DNA of 64,000 nt, taken from contig OX597821.1 of the NCBI GenBank assembly GCA_951406725.2, positions 105,586,001 to 105,650,000 on the forward strand. The letters run 5' to 3'. This document shows, piece by piece, positions 27,143 through 42,067 of this stretch (the stretch's first letter is position 1; each line of letters opens with the position of its first letter). The DNA comes from Octopus vulgaris (lineage: Eukaryota). The translations under genes were made by a program, and so were the position numbers. The notes below the pieces were generated by a model, which ran no database searches, was not told where the DNA came from, and worked only from the letters and a program-made list of their open reading frames with translations.

Positions 27143-27708
27143 ATGTGCATATATATATATATATATATGATTATATATATATATATATGCATATATACAT
27201 GTATGTATATATGCATATATATGTGTATATTTGCATGTGTATGTATAAATATATACACTAACAAACATATACACACACATATATTTCACTTAACAATAGC
27301 CTGCAATTATCAGTTATCTCTTCTTTTGCCGTATTCATTTCGTTGGTTCTATATCTTTAAGCGATGTTCTCCCAAAAACACTGCCATAACCATTTTTCTA
27401 TTTCATTAATATCATTATATTCTGCTTCTTTTATTTCCATTTCCACTTGTGTATTTCCTTTACAATTTCTCTTTCGCTGCGACTCTTTTCCTCACAAATC
27501 TTTCTACATGACACAAGCGCTGTGCATTACGCAAAACAATACTTCATTATACATTGTCTTTTAATTTTGTTTTGTCTCTTCTTGCTTGCAATGTTATTAT
27601 TTTTCACTTTCTTTCTTTCCCCTTTATTCTTTCTTTCTTTCTTTCTTTCCCCCTTATCGTTGGAAATTTATTCTGTTTCCCGCAAAGATGCATACATTCA
27701 TACATACA

Positions 27709-27754
<46 letters not shown>

Positions 27755-27820
27755 CATAATATTGATCTACACATAAACAAAAAACAATATGTATATATAT
27801 TTATATATATATATATATAA

Positions 27821-27864
<44 letters not shown>

Positions 27865-27879
27865 ATATATATATATATA

Positions 27880-28373
27880 CTCTTTCAATCTTTTACTTGT
27901 TTCAGTCCTTAGACTGCGGCCATGCTGGAGTACTGCCCTTAGTCGAGCAATTCGACCCCAGGACTCATTTTTTGTAAGCCTACTACTTATTCTATCGGTC
28001 TCCTTTTGCCGAATCGATTGTCAAGCGATGTTGGGGCGAGAAACAGAGACACGCAAACACACATACACACCCACACACACACGCATATATATGTGTGTGT
28101 GTGTGACAGTGTGTGAGTGTGTGTGTGCGTGCGTGTGTGTGTGTTTGCGTGTCTCTGTTTGTCGCCCCAACATCGCTTGACAATCGATTCGGCAAAAGGA
28201 GACCGATAGAATAAGAAAATGAACCCGGAACCATGTGGTAGGTAAGCAAGCTACTTACCACATAGCCACGCCTATATAATATCTGGCAAGTGTAACAGTG
28301 GTTTCGTGCATATATATATATATACATATATATTCATATATACATATATATACACATGCATACATATATATTT

Positions 28374-28422
<49 letters not shown>

Positions 28423-28643
28423 TATACATACATATATATATACATATATATGACTGTTTTTTTCAGTTTCTGTCTACCAAATCCACTCACAAAGCTTTGG
28501 TCGGCCCGACGCTATAGTAGAAGACACATGCCCAAGATGCCACGCAGTGGGACTGAACCCGGAACCATGTGGTTGGTACGCAAGCTACTTACCACATAGC
28601 CACTCCCATATAATATATGGCAAGTGTAACAGTGGTTTCGTGC
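27880..28643 (-). mobile_element. Rearranged SINE family B copy
   Basis: 3' tail at ~27880-27990, body 28450-28612, plus internal inverted and direct duplications. Confidence 0.85.
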
Positions 28644-29178
28644 GTTAAAATTCATCAAAATAGTTACAAATCATAAACACATATGGTAATATAAAGTGTG
28701 TGCACAGTTACGCACACGTAAATGAAAGTACCGTTCACAATAGATATAGTATATACATACGCATATACCTGAGTATCAGATAAAATGTACAAACACAAAC
28801 TATATAAAGCATGCATCAAGAAATGCAATTTACTGAGGAAAGATATTTACGTTTATACAAACACACACACACATATAAACACATACTCTCACATACTTGC
28901 ACACACAAATACTCACACACCAACATATACGTATATACATATATAAACGAATAGTCAGGAATAAAATATCCAGGCGTGTACTGTATGGGCATTCAGTTTA
29001 ATTTAGGTTATGGCTGACTGAATCAAGTTTAAGGGGCATCAACATTTACATAAGGTAAGCGATTATTATATACTTCTTCGAATGGGTAAATCTTGAATTC
29101 ATATCACTGGATTTAAATATCTTACCTAATGTATATATAGACAATCATTAGTACATTTTCATATATGCAGATACATAC

Positions 29179-29232
<54 letters not shown>

Positions 29233-29286
29233 TATATTGTATATAATATATATATATATATGTATATGCATATATATATATGAATA

Positions 29287-29372
<86 letters not shown>

Positions 29373-29414
29373 TATATATTATATAATATATATAATATAT
29401 ATTATATATATATA

Positions 29415-29457
<43 letters not shown>

Positions 29458-30460
29458 TGGATTGAGAGGCCGACGACCAATGTACTATATGTTGCTACTG
29501 GAATGGAAGCTGTGGTATAATGAGCCCTGGATGAATCGACAGAACGACGTATCTCATGCTGAACGAACCGATGCTGTTTATTAAGCCAGCAAAATATCAC
29601 CAATCACATGTTCAATCGTACTTTTAAAAACGAACGTTGATATCTTGATAAATACATTCAGACATAGTGTACAATATCACATTAAATAATTATATAGATA
29701 CTGTTTCGTGTATGATAGAGAAGTGTAATAACAATAGATATAGAACAGTGTAATAAAACATTTATAATCCCTATCGAATATGTCCGTCGATAAACAAACT
29801 ATGAGTATAATCAAGAAATGAGAAAACATTTGTAAGAACAATGAAGAGGTAAACTACAAAGTTTACAGTAGTATTTATATTTTCTTGTGAGATGGAATGT
29901 GCTATATGTATTAAAATAGAAGTGAACAAAATGATATTTATAGTATCAAGTTTCTTAAAACAACAAGATGTTTTACATAAAAACATAATATTATCACAAC
30001 ATAGCGCTGTTTAATAATGCCAAACTCCTATTATAAACGAGGAATAAAGTTATCATAACCGAAATTCAAACTCGAAAATTTGATAGCTTACATTCATTTC
30101 CAATAACAAAAGATATAAATATACAATAAAAATTTGGTAGATATAAACATGTACATACATTTATAATCCAAAGATTATTTATGTTCTCAAAATAGAAACG
30201 TACTTGGTCTCCATGTACATATTGGCATTTTTTTCTTGACTAACAACAGAATACTAAGACACACGTTAAAATGTTTGTTGTTTATACTTAAGAAAATTTC
30301 CATGTATGTATATTTTGAAGCATTCTTAAATTAGGGAAAAATGAAATCCTCTAATAGACCTAGTTAAAACTGAAATTAGAGACGTTTCGAGGTGAGAAAA
30401 TACTGCTAATTTGAACAAACCTGACATGATACATGCATATATACGTCTTACACATTGGTA

Positions 30461-30847
30461 TATCGTGATATGTCGCAGTACCAGTTCAATTCGTTCCAGG
30501 ACCGAGCTTGTACGAATTTCTCGTTTCACAAATAAGTTTCCTTCATTAAAATGAACTAAACCATAATTGATTCGTTCTAGACCGACAAATCCACTCAAAA
30601 ATAACCTTTTAGTGTTTTAAAACAGAGAAGGTGTAGTTACAGGCATAATAACAGTTACGAAGAAATACAATGCAAGGGAAATATGTAAACTGTTTTCTGT
30701 TAACTGAATTACCTCAACGGTAGGTCGATTTGTGTTCTTCTGCTGCGAATTTCCGCTCGTAAGTCAAGAAAAAAATTCGCACGAGTCTCGGCTCGTACAG
30801 CAAATTATTCGTACAGTGGGGAACTCGTACTGCGAGGTTCTACTGTA
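30461..30847. mobile_element. Tigger/pogo-like MITE
   Basis: Right end GAACTCGTACTGCGAGGTTCTACTG-TA; degenerate left end TA-TCGTGATATGTCGCAGTACCAGTTC; repeated subterminal CTCGTA motifs. Confidence 0.6.
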
Positions 30848-32144
30848 TTTATAACTTAGGCATGGAAGTGTTGTGATGGTAGTTTACTACATCGCATTTA
30901 CACAAACACAGCATATACCAACTAAAACAACACCCAACATTACAACCACAAAGCACATGCAAACGGTTATATATACATCATTACAAAAATCAGTAGAATG
31001 CAAAACTAATTTTGTAATAATTCTTAAGTAATATTTTTTCTATTACTCTTTATGATTCTTTTTTTCGTTAAAATCGCAACAATATACTCATGTATATATA
31101 TATACATTTGAGCCATACACAGGGTTTATCGTATCATTTAGTTTGTCCCTCCAAAATATGAGGTATTCCACGTTGCCAAGCATTGAGCCTACAGCTTATG
31201 ATGTAGAAACGTCTACAAATATAAAAGGAATGAGCCAATCAAAATAGAGCTTTGGAAGTTAATAAATTTAAGTAAATTTAATCTAGAATAATAGAAAAAC
31301 GTATAGAAAATAAGCGTTTAGAATAATCAAGACGTAACTAATGGTTAAGAACATATATAACGATGGGAAAGTACAGGGTTACAAAGAGATAACAATAAGG
31401 GATATAAATAACGATATTTTAAAGTCTGATATTGTGATAAAACAGCGTTGCTATAAGAACGGTGTAGTATTTTGTTTTAAAGCATGAACTGAGAAATATA
31501 GCAATCGATACAATGAGATAAATCAGCTAAAATGATGCATTGGTGACACTTATATAAAAAAAGTTTGATGTTTAGATAATACAGATGAACCAGCTTGCAA
31601 GTAATTTAGGAGACAAAACAGATGAAAGAATGATATCGGTTTTATAGATAACAATTATGATAAAAAATACTGAGATATTGTTAAGACAGAAATACTGGAA
31701 AAGAAATTTAAAAAAAGAATGAACACTGTCTTCAAACATGTATTGATATTATCAGAACATATAACGAGGAACAGTATAATACTCTGCATATTTATACAAT
31801 GGTAAGTTCTTAAATAAAAGAATGTCAAATTTGATTACACCCAACGTTTAAATACAAGACTTTACTTTGTAGCAATTGATTCAATTGAAACGCAATAACA
31901 TTCGGCACAAAGTAAATTTATAATATCCAAGTGCACTGGAACCTAATGCTGTAATTTATAGCATCCACCCCTCCTTATATACATGATGTAAGTAGAGATC
32001 ATCACGTTCTAACCGCATACAATTTGTAAATTCTTTGCCACCTAGAGACGTTTCACATAACCATTAAAAATCTAGTCACTGGCCATTTAGCACATATAAA
32101 TTGTTTAAGGCAGAAGAACAATGAAGAAATAAAATGTCACACCA

Positions 32145-32530
32145 ATCACATGGTTCCGGGTTCAGTCCCACTGCGTGGCACCTTGGGTAAGTGTCTCCTA
32201 CTATAGCCTCGGGCCGGCCAAAGCCTTGCGAGTTGATTTGCTAGAGAGAAACTAAAAGAAGTCCGTTGTATATACGTATGTATATATGTGTGTGTGTATG
32301 TGTGTGTCTGTGTGTTTATGTGTATATTTGTGTGTGTCTCCAACATCGCTTGACAACCGATCCTGGTGTGTTTACATCTCTGTAACCTAGCGCTTCGGCA
32401 AAAGACACTGATAGAATAAGTACTATGCTTACAAAGAATAAGTCCTGGGATCGATTTGCTCGACTAAAGGCGGTGCTCCAGCATGGCCACAGTCAAATGA
32501 CTGAAACACGTAATAGAGTAAAAGAGTAAG
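32145..32530 (+). mobile_element. SINE family B (CORE-like; resembles octopus SINEs from memory), near full length
   Basis: B box GGGTTCAGTCCC, CORE-like caccttgggtaagtgtc, internal microsatellite, tail gactgaaacacgtaatagagtaaaagag. Further partial copies at 41755-41895 (-), 43185-43245 (-), ~8000-8040 (+). Confidence 0.85.
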
Positions 32531-32555
32531 ATAATCTGATCTCATTGGTTAGTAT

Positions 32556-32938
32556 GGAAGCACTCCGTCGGTTACGACGATGAGGGTTCCGGTTGATCCG
32601 AATCAACGGAACAGCCTGCTCGTGAAATTAACGTGTAAGTGGCTGAGCACTCCACAGACACGTGCACACTTAACGTAGTTCTCGGGGATATTCAGCGTGA
32701 CACAGAGAGTGACAAGGCCGGTCCCTTGAAATACAGGTACAGCAGAAACAGGAAGTAAGAGTGAGAGAAAGTTGTGGTGAAAGAGTACATCAGGGGTCAC
32801 CACCATCCCCTGCCGGGGCATCGTGGAGCTTTTAGGTGTTTTCGCTCAATAAACACTCACAACGCCCGGTTTGGGAATCGAAACCGCGATCCTATGACAG
32901 CGAGTCTGCTGCCCTAACCACTGAGTCATTGCGCCTCC
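32556..32938 (-). mobile_element. tRNA-derived SINE (family C), full length with TSD
   Basis: Head ggaggcgcaatgactcagtggttagggcagcagactcg...ggtttcgattccc; flanked by TTGGTTAGTAT (32545-32555) and TTGGTTAATAT (32939-32949). Confidence 0.85.
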
Positions 32939-34934
32939 TTGGTTAATATAACGTGCTGCTGTCCAGTGAATTCATGGATGTGGGTGGAATCCCTTTTGAC
33001 ACTTGCGCATCCAGCGGTGCTGAAATGACTTCAGTGCTACACAACAATAACAGCCAGACCATTCGGGTAACACATTAGTATCAACGTTACTGAACTCGTA
33101 ATACCAATAAATCATTAACAGATCTATTATATCCTTTCACCAAACCGCTAATCGGACAAGTTGTGGAAGTCAACTCTGTTATATACGGCGGAGACCATTC
33201 TTTAAAATATTCCCGGTACAATTATTTTATTACATTGTGCTTGGCTTAACAAGCGAATACCATATCTTCTCTGAGACGTAGCTGTTATGAAAGAAATTTC
33301 ATTAATTGTAATCTCAACGTAAGCATAGAGACTCCATGGCTGATACGATTACAGTATTGAAGGTGTATACTAAATTGAGCATTTTCCCTAACATGTAGTT
33401 ATTATTTAATATAAACATGAACAAATATTACCAAATGGCCGCTGAACTAAGAAAAAGACATAAAAGTCCAATACGATCTAACTCATCATAAATAATGAAG
33501 ATCATAATTACGTCATGTTGCACATGCTGGTAACACTAAATAGAATACTTCCCTCTAGCAGACATTCTGAATAATAAAATAGAGAAAATATATTGGATAT
33601 GAACACCCAACATCTTTTAATACTAAGATGGAGAATAATAGTAATATGCTATTTAAACAACATTGTACTACAAGCGCTTCTTAAATGCCATGCAACGAGA
33701 ATATATATTAAAACATTCTATATTTATTCAGAATATACTTACACACATGACCACTGGCATCATTCTGCTATTGTTGAAAATACTGTACGAATTATCATTT
33801 ATCAGTAAAATAGAATTCATTCATTCACATAGAATTCGTACACTTTATTGTCTTTTAATACTTCTAAATCTAGCGAAAACTACCATATTTTCCAATCGAA
33901 CCTTCTGTTTTTTCATCGGAAAAATACAACAAAATGTATTTAAAAAACTGACTAGGACTATACATGAGCAAACCGTATCTGGCATCAATAAATCCCATAT
34001 TGATATAGAGGCAATAGTTGTTTTCGAATAAATAACGAGGCCGTGTATAACTAATATCATGTACTGGGGATCATATATACGACTTACAGCAAAGAAAACG
34101 AAATTATATACTGTATTCAATTTATAGCATCGATCGTTTGTGATAATTAGCTTAGATACAATAAAGTCTAACAGCTAGCACTTGTTAAAAACATCAAGAA
34201 CAATAAATCGAAAATGAAGTGACTGTTGACAATACTATAGAATATACTTCTAACAATTATCTATTGTTACCAAAATCAGCTAAAACCTAGCATTTGTTAA
34301 CAGCAGAATATTGAGTGTATTTTAACAAGGAACATTTGTTAACACGAACAATGATACTCCAAATTCAACACTCAACATTATTTTGCAAGAACACGTTGAC
34401 AACATCTAATCTTGAGCTCTTGTTAACAGGAGACAAAATATCTCACATCAAACAGTTGTTAATAACATAGTGGATATTTTTTACATCTAAATATATTCAG
34501 AATATAGTACTTCTCGTGTATATAATATATCATTTGTCACTTAAACATGACAAAACTATTTAATAAACAGGAATTATGTGAATAATAATGTTGAGTTAAT
34601 TTACGATACATAGCTCCAACACAGAGTTTTAACAAATTAGAAATCTTAACGTACATAGAAACAAAATAATATAATATACTAAAAAAAGTAAGAATATATG
34701 CAAAACAACGCCATTAGTATCATAAATAACTACAATATTTTTGCAGAAGACGCAATTGTTTCTATATTACTATGGAACGTGCTTAAAACACCTGTGATAA
34801 GTTTAAGATTACATGTACATAAATTACAACAGCATATGATTTATATAAAAAGTCACTTTATAAATTCGACATATTGCTAAATTTGTTTTTTTGCTAAAAT
34901 AACATACAGCCACTATAATTAATAACATTAATTG

Positions 34935-35880
34935 TTATTGTTCTTAGTCTTCATAAATGACTTGCCCGACGACATCACGCAACACACCCTTCTATTTGCC
35001 GACGATGTCAAACTGGTCGCTCCTCACAGTGATATAGAGGATCTTCGTCGATGCCTCCACCAAATCTGGAGGTGGTCTAACGAATGGGTCCTGTGTCTGA
35101 ACGTGTCAAAGTGGTGTCATCTGCCTGTTGGCTCTCCTCCTGCAACTCAACTTGATTTCGAGCCGGGTCGTCTGCTGCTGGAGAGGACCGATCAGGTAAA
35201 GGACCTGGGTATCTTGGTGGATTCCTCCTTTTCGCCTTCGGCCCAGTGCGTCCATGCTGCCAACAAAGCACGCAGAATTCTGTTCTTGATTCGACGATCA
35301 TTCGGAATGCTCACAGCAGCCATATTCCTACCGCTCTATGTCACGCTGGTGAGACCCATATTGGAGTACGGGATTCAAGCCTCTTCTCCTTATCTCCTCA
35401 AAGACATACAGCATCCCGAAAGAGTGCAGAAGCTGGCTACCCGCATGGTTCATGGTCTCAAGAATTTGTCTTATGAAGAAAGGGTGAAGACGCTCGACCT
35501 TTATTCTCTAGAAAACGCCGCCACCGTGGTGATCTCATTCTCGCCCACAACATAATAAGCGGAAAGTGTAACCTCTCGAAAGAGCTGTTCTTCACTCCTG
35601 CTCCAGAGCGTCGGCTGCGGGGTCATTCCGAAAAGCTCTACCTGCGACGATTTCATCTCAATCGAAGGAGAGGAGCTTTCCCCGTCCGGGTTGCGGATCC
35701 GTGGAACAAGTTGCCAGACCAGATGGTGAAGATGACGACGACCGCTTTGTTCAAAGTCTCCCTTGACCTCAAGTGACCTGAACTCTTTACATGAACACCA
35801 CCCTGTACTTAACTCCATGTCCCCCTACATGGCCTTGCTTTTTGCTTTTGAGCAAAAAAATTAACTAACTAACTTACTAA
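34935..35880 (+). mobile_element. 5'-truncated CR1-type LINE (RT C-terminal half, 3'UTR, (TAAC)n tail)
   Basis: LFLVFINDLPD..LLFADDVKL..VKDLGILVD..LYVTLVRPILEYG..ERVQKLATRMV..LSYEER; after a frameshift near 35515, RRHRGDLI..RLRGHSEKL..PWNKLP; ends in taactaactaacttactaa. Confidence 0.92.
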
Positions 35881-36059
35881 CATGAAGGTACTATGCAACA
35901 GCTACATGATATTCAGAAGTTGGTCCTAAAAACACTATGCCCCAGTGATTATAACCAGCAACTTTTGTCACAGATGTTTCCAATTACTAACATTATGGAT
36001 AATATAGTCTACTGGTTAGTATTACATTTAAATAAAGCAGTGAGCAAACATAGGGTTTT

Positions 36060-36195
36060 TCCATGCTGAACGAAATGATTAGAGCCATTTTGTTCGTCGT
36101 TACATTCTGAGTGGGAAGTTCGAAAAAGATCGACTTCGCTTTCCATCGTTTCATTGACGGCGACGGAAATACCAGTCGAACATTGGTGTCGATGC
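36060..36195 (+). mobile_element. Highly degenerate SINE family A copy
   Basis: gaaatgattagagccattttgttcgtcgttacattctgagt...atcgacttcgctttccatcgtttc aligns by eye with the family A body. Confidence 0.6.
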
Positions 36196-36606
36196 TTGTT
36201 GTAGAAGGCATTATAATTAGAGACGTGAATGTCATAAGCAACATTAACACTAAAAACTTAAGAAATCGACGTCCTTCAAATCAGGGACAGATGAACGTGT
36301 TATTAAAATGTAATATAAAGAGTATTACAAATATGTTTACAATTAGGAAAATTAAGAAGTTCTGTAAAACTTTTTCGACACTAGAGTTGCTCCGACAAAA
36401 TCAGGACTGGATATTTTGAGAATATAGACAATGATTATATACGACTGAATGGTTATTTCAACGCCGGATTTCTCGGTGTACATACAGGATCTAGCATCCC
36501 AGTGAAATGCTACTACCTAAATTGGGCACCCTAACTGAGATGAATCTATACTTATATAAATGCATAAACACCCAACCACAAACAAACACACACATACACA
36601 CAAACA

Positions 36607-36672
<66 letters not shown>

Positions 36673-36710
36673 TATACATACGTGGGAATAAATGTATGTG
36701 TATGTGTGTA

Positions 36711-36747
<37 letters not shown>

Positions 36748-36923
36748 ATTTAGTAATGGTTATTTTGACAGATTCGCCAATAAAAACACATGCACTATAT
36801 ATTTGGCGTTACTTTGCTTCTGCGTTATTTATTTTTTACATTAATCTTAATCTTATTTTGGCCAGAGTTCCTTCCTAAATGCAACAATATATGTTTCAAC
36901 ACACGATTTCACATCAAACATCT

Positions 36924-36977
<54 letters not shown>

Positions 36978-37381
36978 CATACATACTTACACATATATAT
37001 GCACACGCATACCGTTACAAATTGATAGAATAGTAATAGCTAACCGCACACCTACACTCACAGACTCACACACACTTGCACACATACAAACACACTGACA
37101 CAGACACATATATATATGCGTTCGTATATGTTTGTGTGTGTATATATATATACATGCTGTCCATAAGTAATTTTTAGAAGTTCCAAATTGATTGTACCTA
37201 TTACATTTGAGATCCATCAATCACCGTCGCTGCATGTTAAATGTATATTATTAAAATTGGAATTTATTTGCCAACGTCTATGATTCGCATTTTTGCTGAA
37301 ATTTATAATGTATGAATGCACAAACATACACACACAAGTGTATGTAAACATACATATACACATGAATACATATGCATATAC

Positions 37382-37435
<54 letters not shown>

Positions 37436-37460
37436 AAGATATATATATAAATATATATAT

Positions 37461-37533
<73 letters not shown>

Positions 37534-37808
37534 TGTGTATAGGCATATCCTTGCCTTCGAACGAGGAGTAGATTAATCAGGGACAGCTGATGAAAGGGTA
37601 TATTCTTTCTGCAATGTCTCTGTCATTTAATTTTTGTTGTTCGAAAAAAGGTTCGTTTCTATGTTTTTGTTTTATATCTTCGTTTCTCCTTGTGCTCAAC
37701 TTTCTTTTCATGTCCTGTACACATATGCGCATGTATATATACATATATATGTAGGTATGTACATATATGTATGTATATATCTATATATTTATACATTATT
37801 TATATATA

Positions 37809-37845
<37 letters not shown>

Positions 37846-38159
37846 GAGAGAGTGAGGGAGGGAGTAGAGAGAGAAACACATATATCAAACATGTGTGTGT
37901 GTGAGTGCTTATTGAAATACGCGCGCATGCACACAAGAGCATTTCCATAAATTGAACCAAATCTTGAATCTTCTGACACGTATATATCTCAGAATCTCTC
38001 CTGTAACTGTCAATTATAACGCATTACGTTTGATAGATATATAATGTTGCATGCATATGTTATGTGATAAGAATAATATTATGAGACTTTCTTATACACG
38101 CACGGGCATATTCGGTACAAGCTGTTATGTTTCGAGGTCAGCTCTACTGAGTGGGTCAA

Positions 38160-38161
38160 TA

Positions 38162-38197
<36 letters not shown>

Positions 38198-38227
38198 TGT
38201 ATATATGTATGTATGTTTGTATGTATG

Positions 38228-38315
<88 letters not shown>

Positions 38316-38443
38316 TAGATAGATAGATATAGATAGATAGAGAGATAAATAGATAGATAGAGAGACAGATAGATAGATAGATAGATTGATAGATAGATAG
38401 ACAGACATACAGACAGACAGATAGATAGATAGATAGATAGATT

Positions 38444-38486
<43 letters not shown>
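38160..38486. repeat. Compound (ATGT)n-(AT)n-(ATAG)n microsatellite
   Basis: Directly visible. Confidence 0.95.
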
Positions 38487-39837
38487 GTCAATCTTCTGTA
38501 TTGCCTGTGTCAAACAATAGCGTTAAATATCAAAGGTCGATCGAAGCTGGAACCAATGACTCTTGCCCTAACAACCGCACAATATAAGTTTTCGGAACCT
38601 CTCTATCTGACCCGTAAACTACTGTCCATTTATATAAAGCGATATTATATTCGCATTGCATATAAGGGTATGCGAAAATGCATATATAATAAAAGGAGTA
38701 GGTCGAAATTGGAATACAAAGAAATTATTGGCTCTGTACGTGTAATTTATATCTGGATGAATGAATGAGTGTGTGGGTATTTACGTATCTGCTTGATAGC
38801 TCGTATAGTGTATTGTTATAGCTCTTATAACTCGTATAACTCGTATAATGTATTCTTATACAGAAAATTTGATATACAATAAGTATAAGATATATAGCAC
38901 GATTCATGTACAGGTAGATATAAAATATTGAGATATGAACGTATAAACGAGATAAAAGAAAGGTGAGAGTGTGTTACAAGCAATGTAAAAGCTGATGATG
39001 ATGGCGTCAAAGTTAAATAATTTGATAAAACATTGAAGACTACTGTCAGATTTCTATGTCCAAATAACAAAATGTTTCTCCTCACAAGAGAAAAAATAAA
39101 ATATAAAATACTGCACAATAAGTGGAATAAAGTAAAAAATATAAACTAAAATTTAGGAAACTGATCTCATTAATTGTATGTTAGATAGAATGAAAAACAC
39201 CATAAATCAAAATATAAAAATCTACCAAAAATAAACAAAATATTTAAATAAAATATCTCTGTGTGAGAAGTAAACTTAGAGAGAATTAGTAAAAACGATA
39301 ATGTACAACATAAACATAAATATAACAAAAAAAAATACAAAATGTTTCAACGAAGTTATTCAATCATTATTTATTTTAGTTATTTTCTCTATTATTTTAC
39401 AAGAGTTCGATTTAACCAAAGTTGTAGATGATTGAAAACTAATCGCTGCATTCCCGATTGCTTTATCAACAAATTGAAATCATAATACTCAATATAACGT
39501 TGAATTAAGGAAGTGAGTGACGAGTTCAGTTGATTGCATCGATGCTTCGATACATCGATTCAAGTTTGTTGTTGATAAATATACTTTATGTATTGCGGAT
39601 GGCTAGAATGTCAACAGAAAAAGTTTAAAGGATTTCATATATGTTAATGGTATTGGTGAATGAGTGTGTGGCCGAAAGTATCAGCAGTTCATTAAGGGTC
39701 ATTAATGCAATCAAAATATTTCACAGGATACACGGTTGACGCATTATCACTTGTCACTTTTATAGAATTTTTCACACGAATAAAGGCACGCCAATCACAC
39801 ACACACATACACATGCATACACACACTTTGACGCGCA

Positions 39838-39905
<68 letters not shown>

Positions 39906-40071
39906 ATATAAAATTTATATTTAATCATAAATACGCATAAACAAATATATATAAATATACATACCTACATATATGCGCACACAAATATATATAAATATAA
40001 ATACCTACATATATGCGTACACAAATATATATCTCATGCATAAATATACACATGCGATAGCATATATATAT

Positions 40072-40125
<54 letters not shown>

Positions 40126-40170
40126 TATATATTTATATATATGTATATATATTTATATGCATATATATAT

Positions 40171-40206
<36 letters not shown>

Positions 40207-40262
40207 TATAAATACATATTTATAAAAACATTAAAAACATATATATAAATACATATATATAA

Positions 40263-40302
<40 letters not shown>

Positions 40303-40325
40303 CGTATATAAATACATATATATAA

Positions 40326-40363
<38 letters not shown>

Positions 40364-40989
40364 CGTATATAAATACATATATAAATATAAATATAAACAT
40401 ACTTGCATATATGTCCATGAGTGTATATACATATATACAAACGAACATACATACGCATACAAACGACACGTAGACGCGCAAATAATTTTCCTTACTCTGT
40501 GATGTGGCTATAGAGAAATGTACTTCATGATTTTATTGAAATTAATTTTAACTGTCATTTCATGTACACAATCTCCGTTTGTAAGCACAATATATTAAGT
40601 CAATTGACTTAGTAAATCTGAAATTTTAGGTTGTTTTCACTGTTATCATGTCACTTTCTGGTCCTTTAATTCTCTGTTGGTATGTTTATATTTCGTAGGT
40701 AAATATTCCACACGCTCAAATCATATTGCCTTAATTATATATATCACTTTGATAATTGAAAAGAATAAAACTATATTAAATGATGTATGAATTTTCTAAT
40801 TCAAAGATAATGAAGAATCGAAAAGAAAAAAAAAAAAATTTCATGGTACTTCTCTCACTATATTTGTCACATATTCAACTTTGATAAATATCTAATATTT
40901 TAATTCAGTAACACGATTGTAATGACGTCAAATAGAGTTTTTGTAGTATGGGTAATGAAAACGTTTTAATTAAATAGAAGACCTGAAGA

Positions 40990-41155
40990 CGGCGCGCTGG
41001 CAGAATCGTTACCGCGTCCAGTTCAATTCTGCTAGGGTCGCCTTTGCCTTTCATCATTTCGGCGTCGATAAACTAAATACCAATTGCACACTAACGTCAA
41101 TGTAATCGATTTATCCCCTCGCACGAAATCACTGCCCTTCTGCCGAAATTTGAAA
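40990..41155 (+). mobile_element. SINE family A, internally deleted
   Basis: ggcgcgctggcagaatcgtta...tttgcctttcatcatttcggcgtcgataaa. Confidence 0.75.
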
Positions 41156-41897
41156 TTAAAATTTTATTTTAGAGACACAATCTATTGCAATACAAGAAGG
41201 TCTGTCATTAGAAAAAATTCAGTCGTAATGAAGAATAGGTAATAGATATGTACTCCTCATCAAAGCTGAACTCGTTCTCGTGGAGTTATATGTTCTGTTG
41301 ATTCATTTCTGAAAACTGCAATTATGTTTGTAAGATCTTTCAAATGATATGTATACAATACCGCCGGCATTCGTAGAACAATAATGTTTAGCAGAAAGAA
41401 TATAACTAGAGTCGAAGATAATAGCGATGATATGCATCCATACAGTGGTTCTAGGACGCACTCGAAAATAGATATAAATTATTGAAGTCAAAACGCCAAA
41501 GCTATTCAAAAAATGCATTGCACCATGTCAAAATTATGATCGAAAAACATTATTTTGTTAGAGATAATTCGAATAGGTCTTCTATTGACACCATGATATC
41601 CTATTGCTGGCACTTACAACGATGGGCATATCATTCGTTTCATCATTTTACCATTAGGCCGTCTGTTGTAGAATTTTCTTCTACGCACGTTTAAAAGCAT
41701 GTCACAGTTTTCAAAGCATCACTGTATATAATACACACATTTTTGAATTCTTTAAGTTTCCTTCTAACGAATCAACTCACTAGGCTTTGGTAGGCCCGAG
41801 ACAATAGTACAGGTCCCTTGCCCAAGTTACCACGCATTGAGACTGAAACCAAAATCATCTGGTTGGGAAACAATTTTCTTAACACACTGCCACTCCT

Positions 41898-41943
<46 letters not shown>

Positions 41944-41974
41944 GTAATATATATATATATATATATATACGTAA

Positions 41975-42018
<44 letters not shown>

Positions 42019-42023
42019 CGTAA

Positions 42024-42067
<44 letters not shown>

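Noticed and set aside
32860-32938. tRNA-like sequences in SINE heads
   Set aside because: They continue into SINE bodies present in several copies and lack a complete cloverleaf; not tRNA genes.
35993-36419. ORFs of 85 aa (-, signal-peptide-like start) and 102 aa (+)
   Set aside because: They overlap a degenerate family A SINE.
37582-37624. gacag-CTGATGA-hairpin...ctgtc hammerhead candidate
   Set aside because: Stems I and II are plausible but the GAAA is absent (GCAATGTC) and the register is off by one; at best a dead relic.
41173-41238. 66-bp candidate exon (ttttag ... gtaata), one frame open
   Set aside because: It sits at a SINE tail, has no partner exons and no recognisable peptide.
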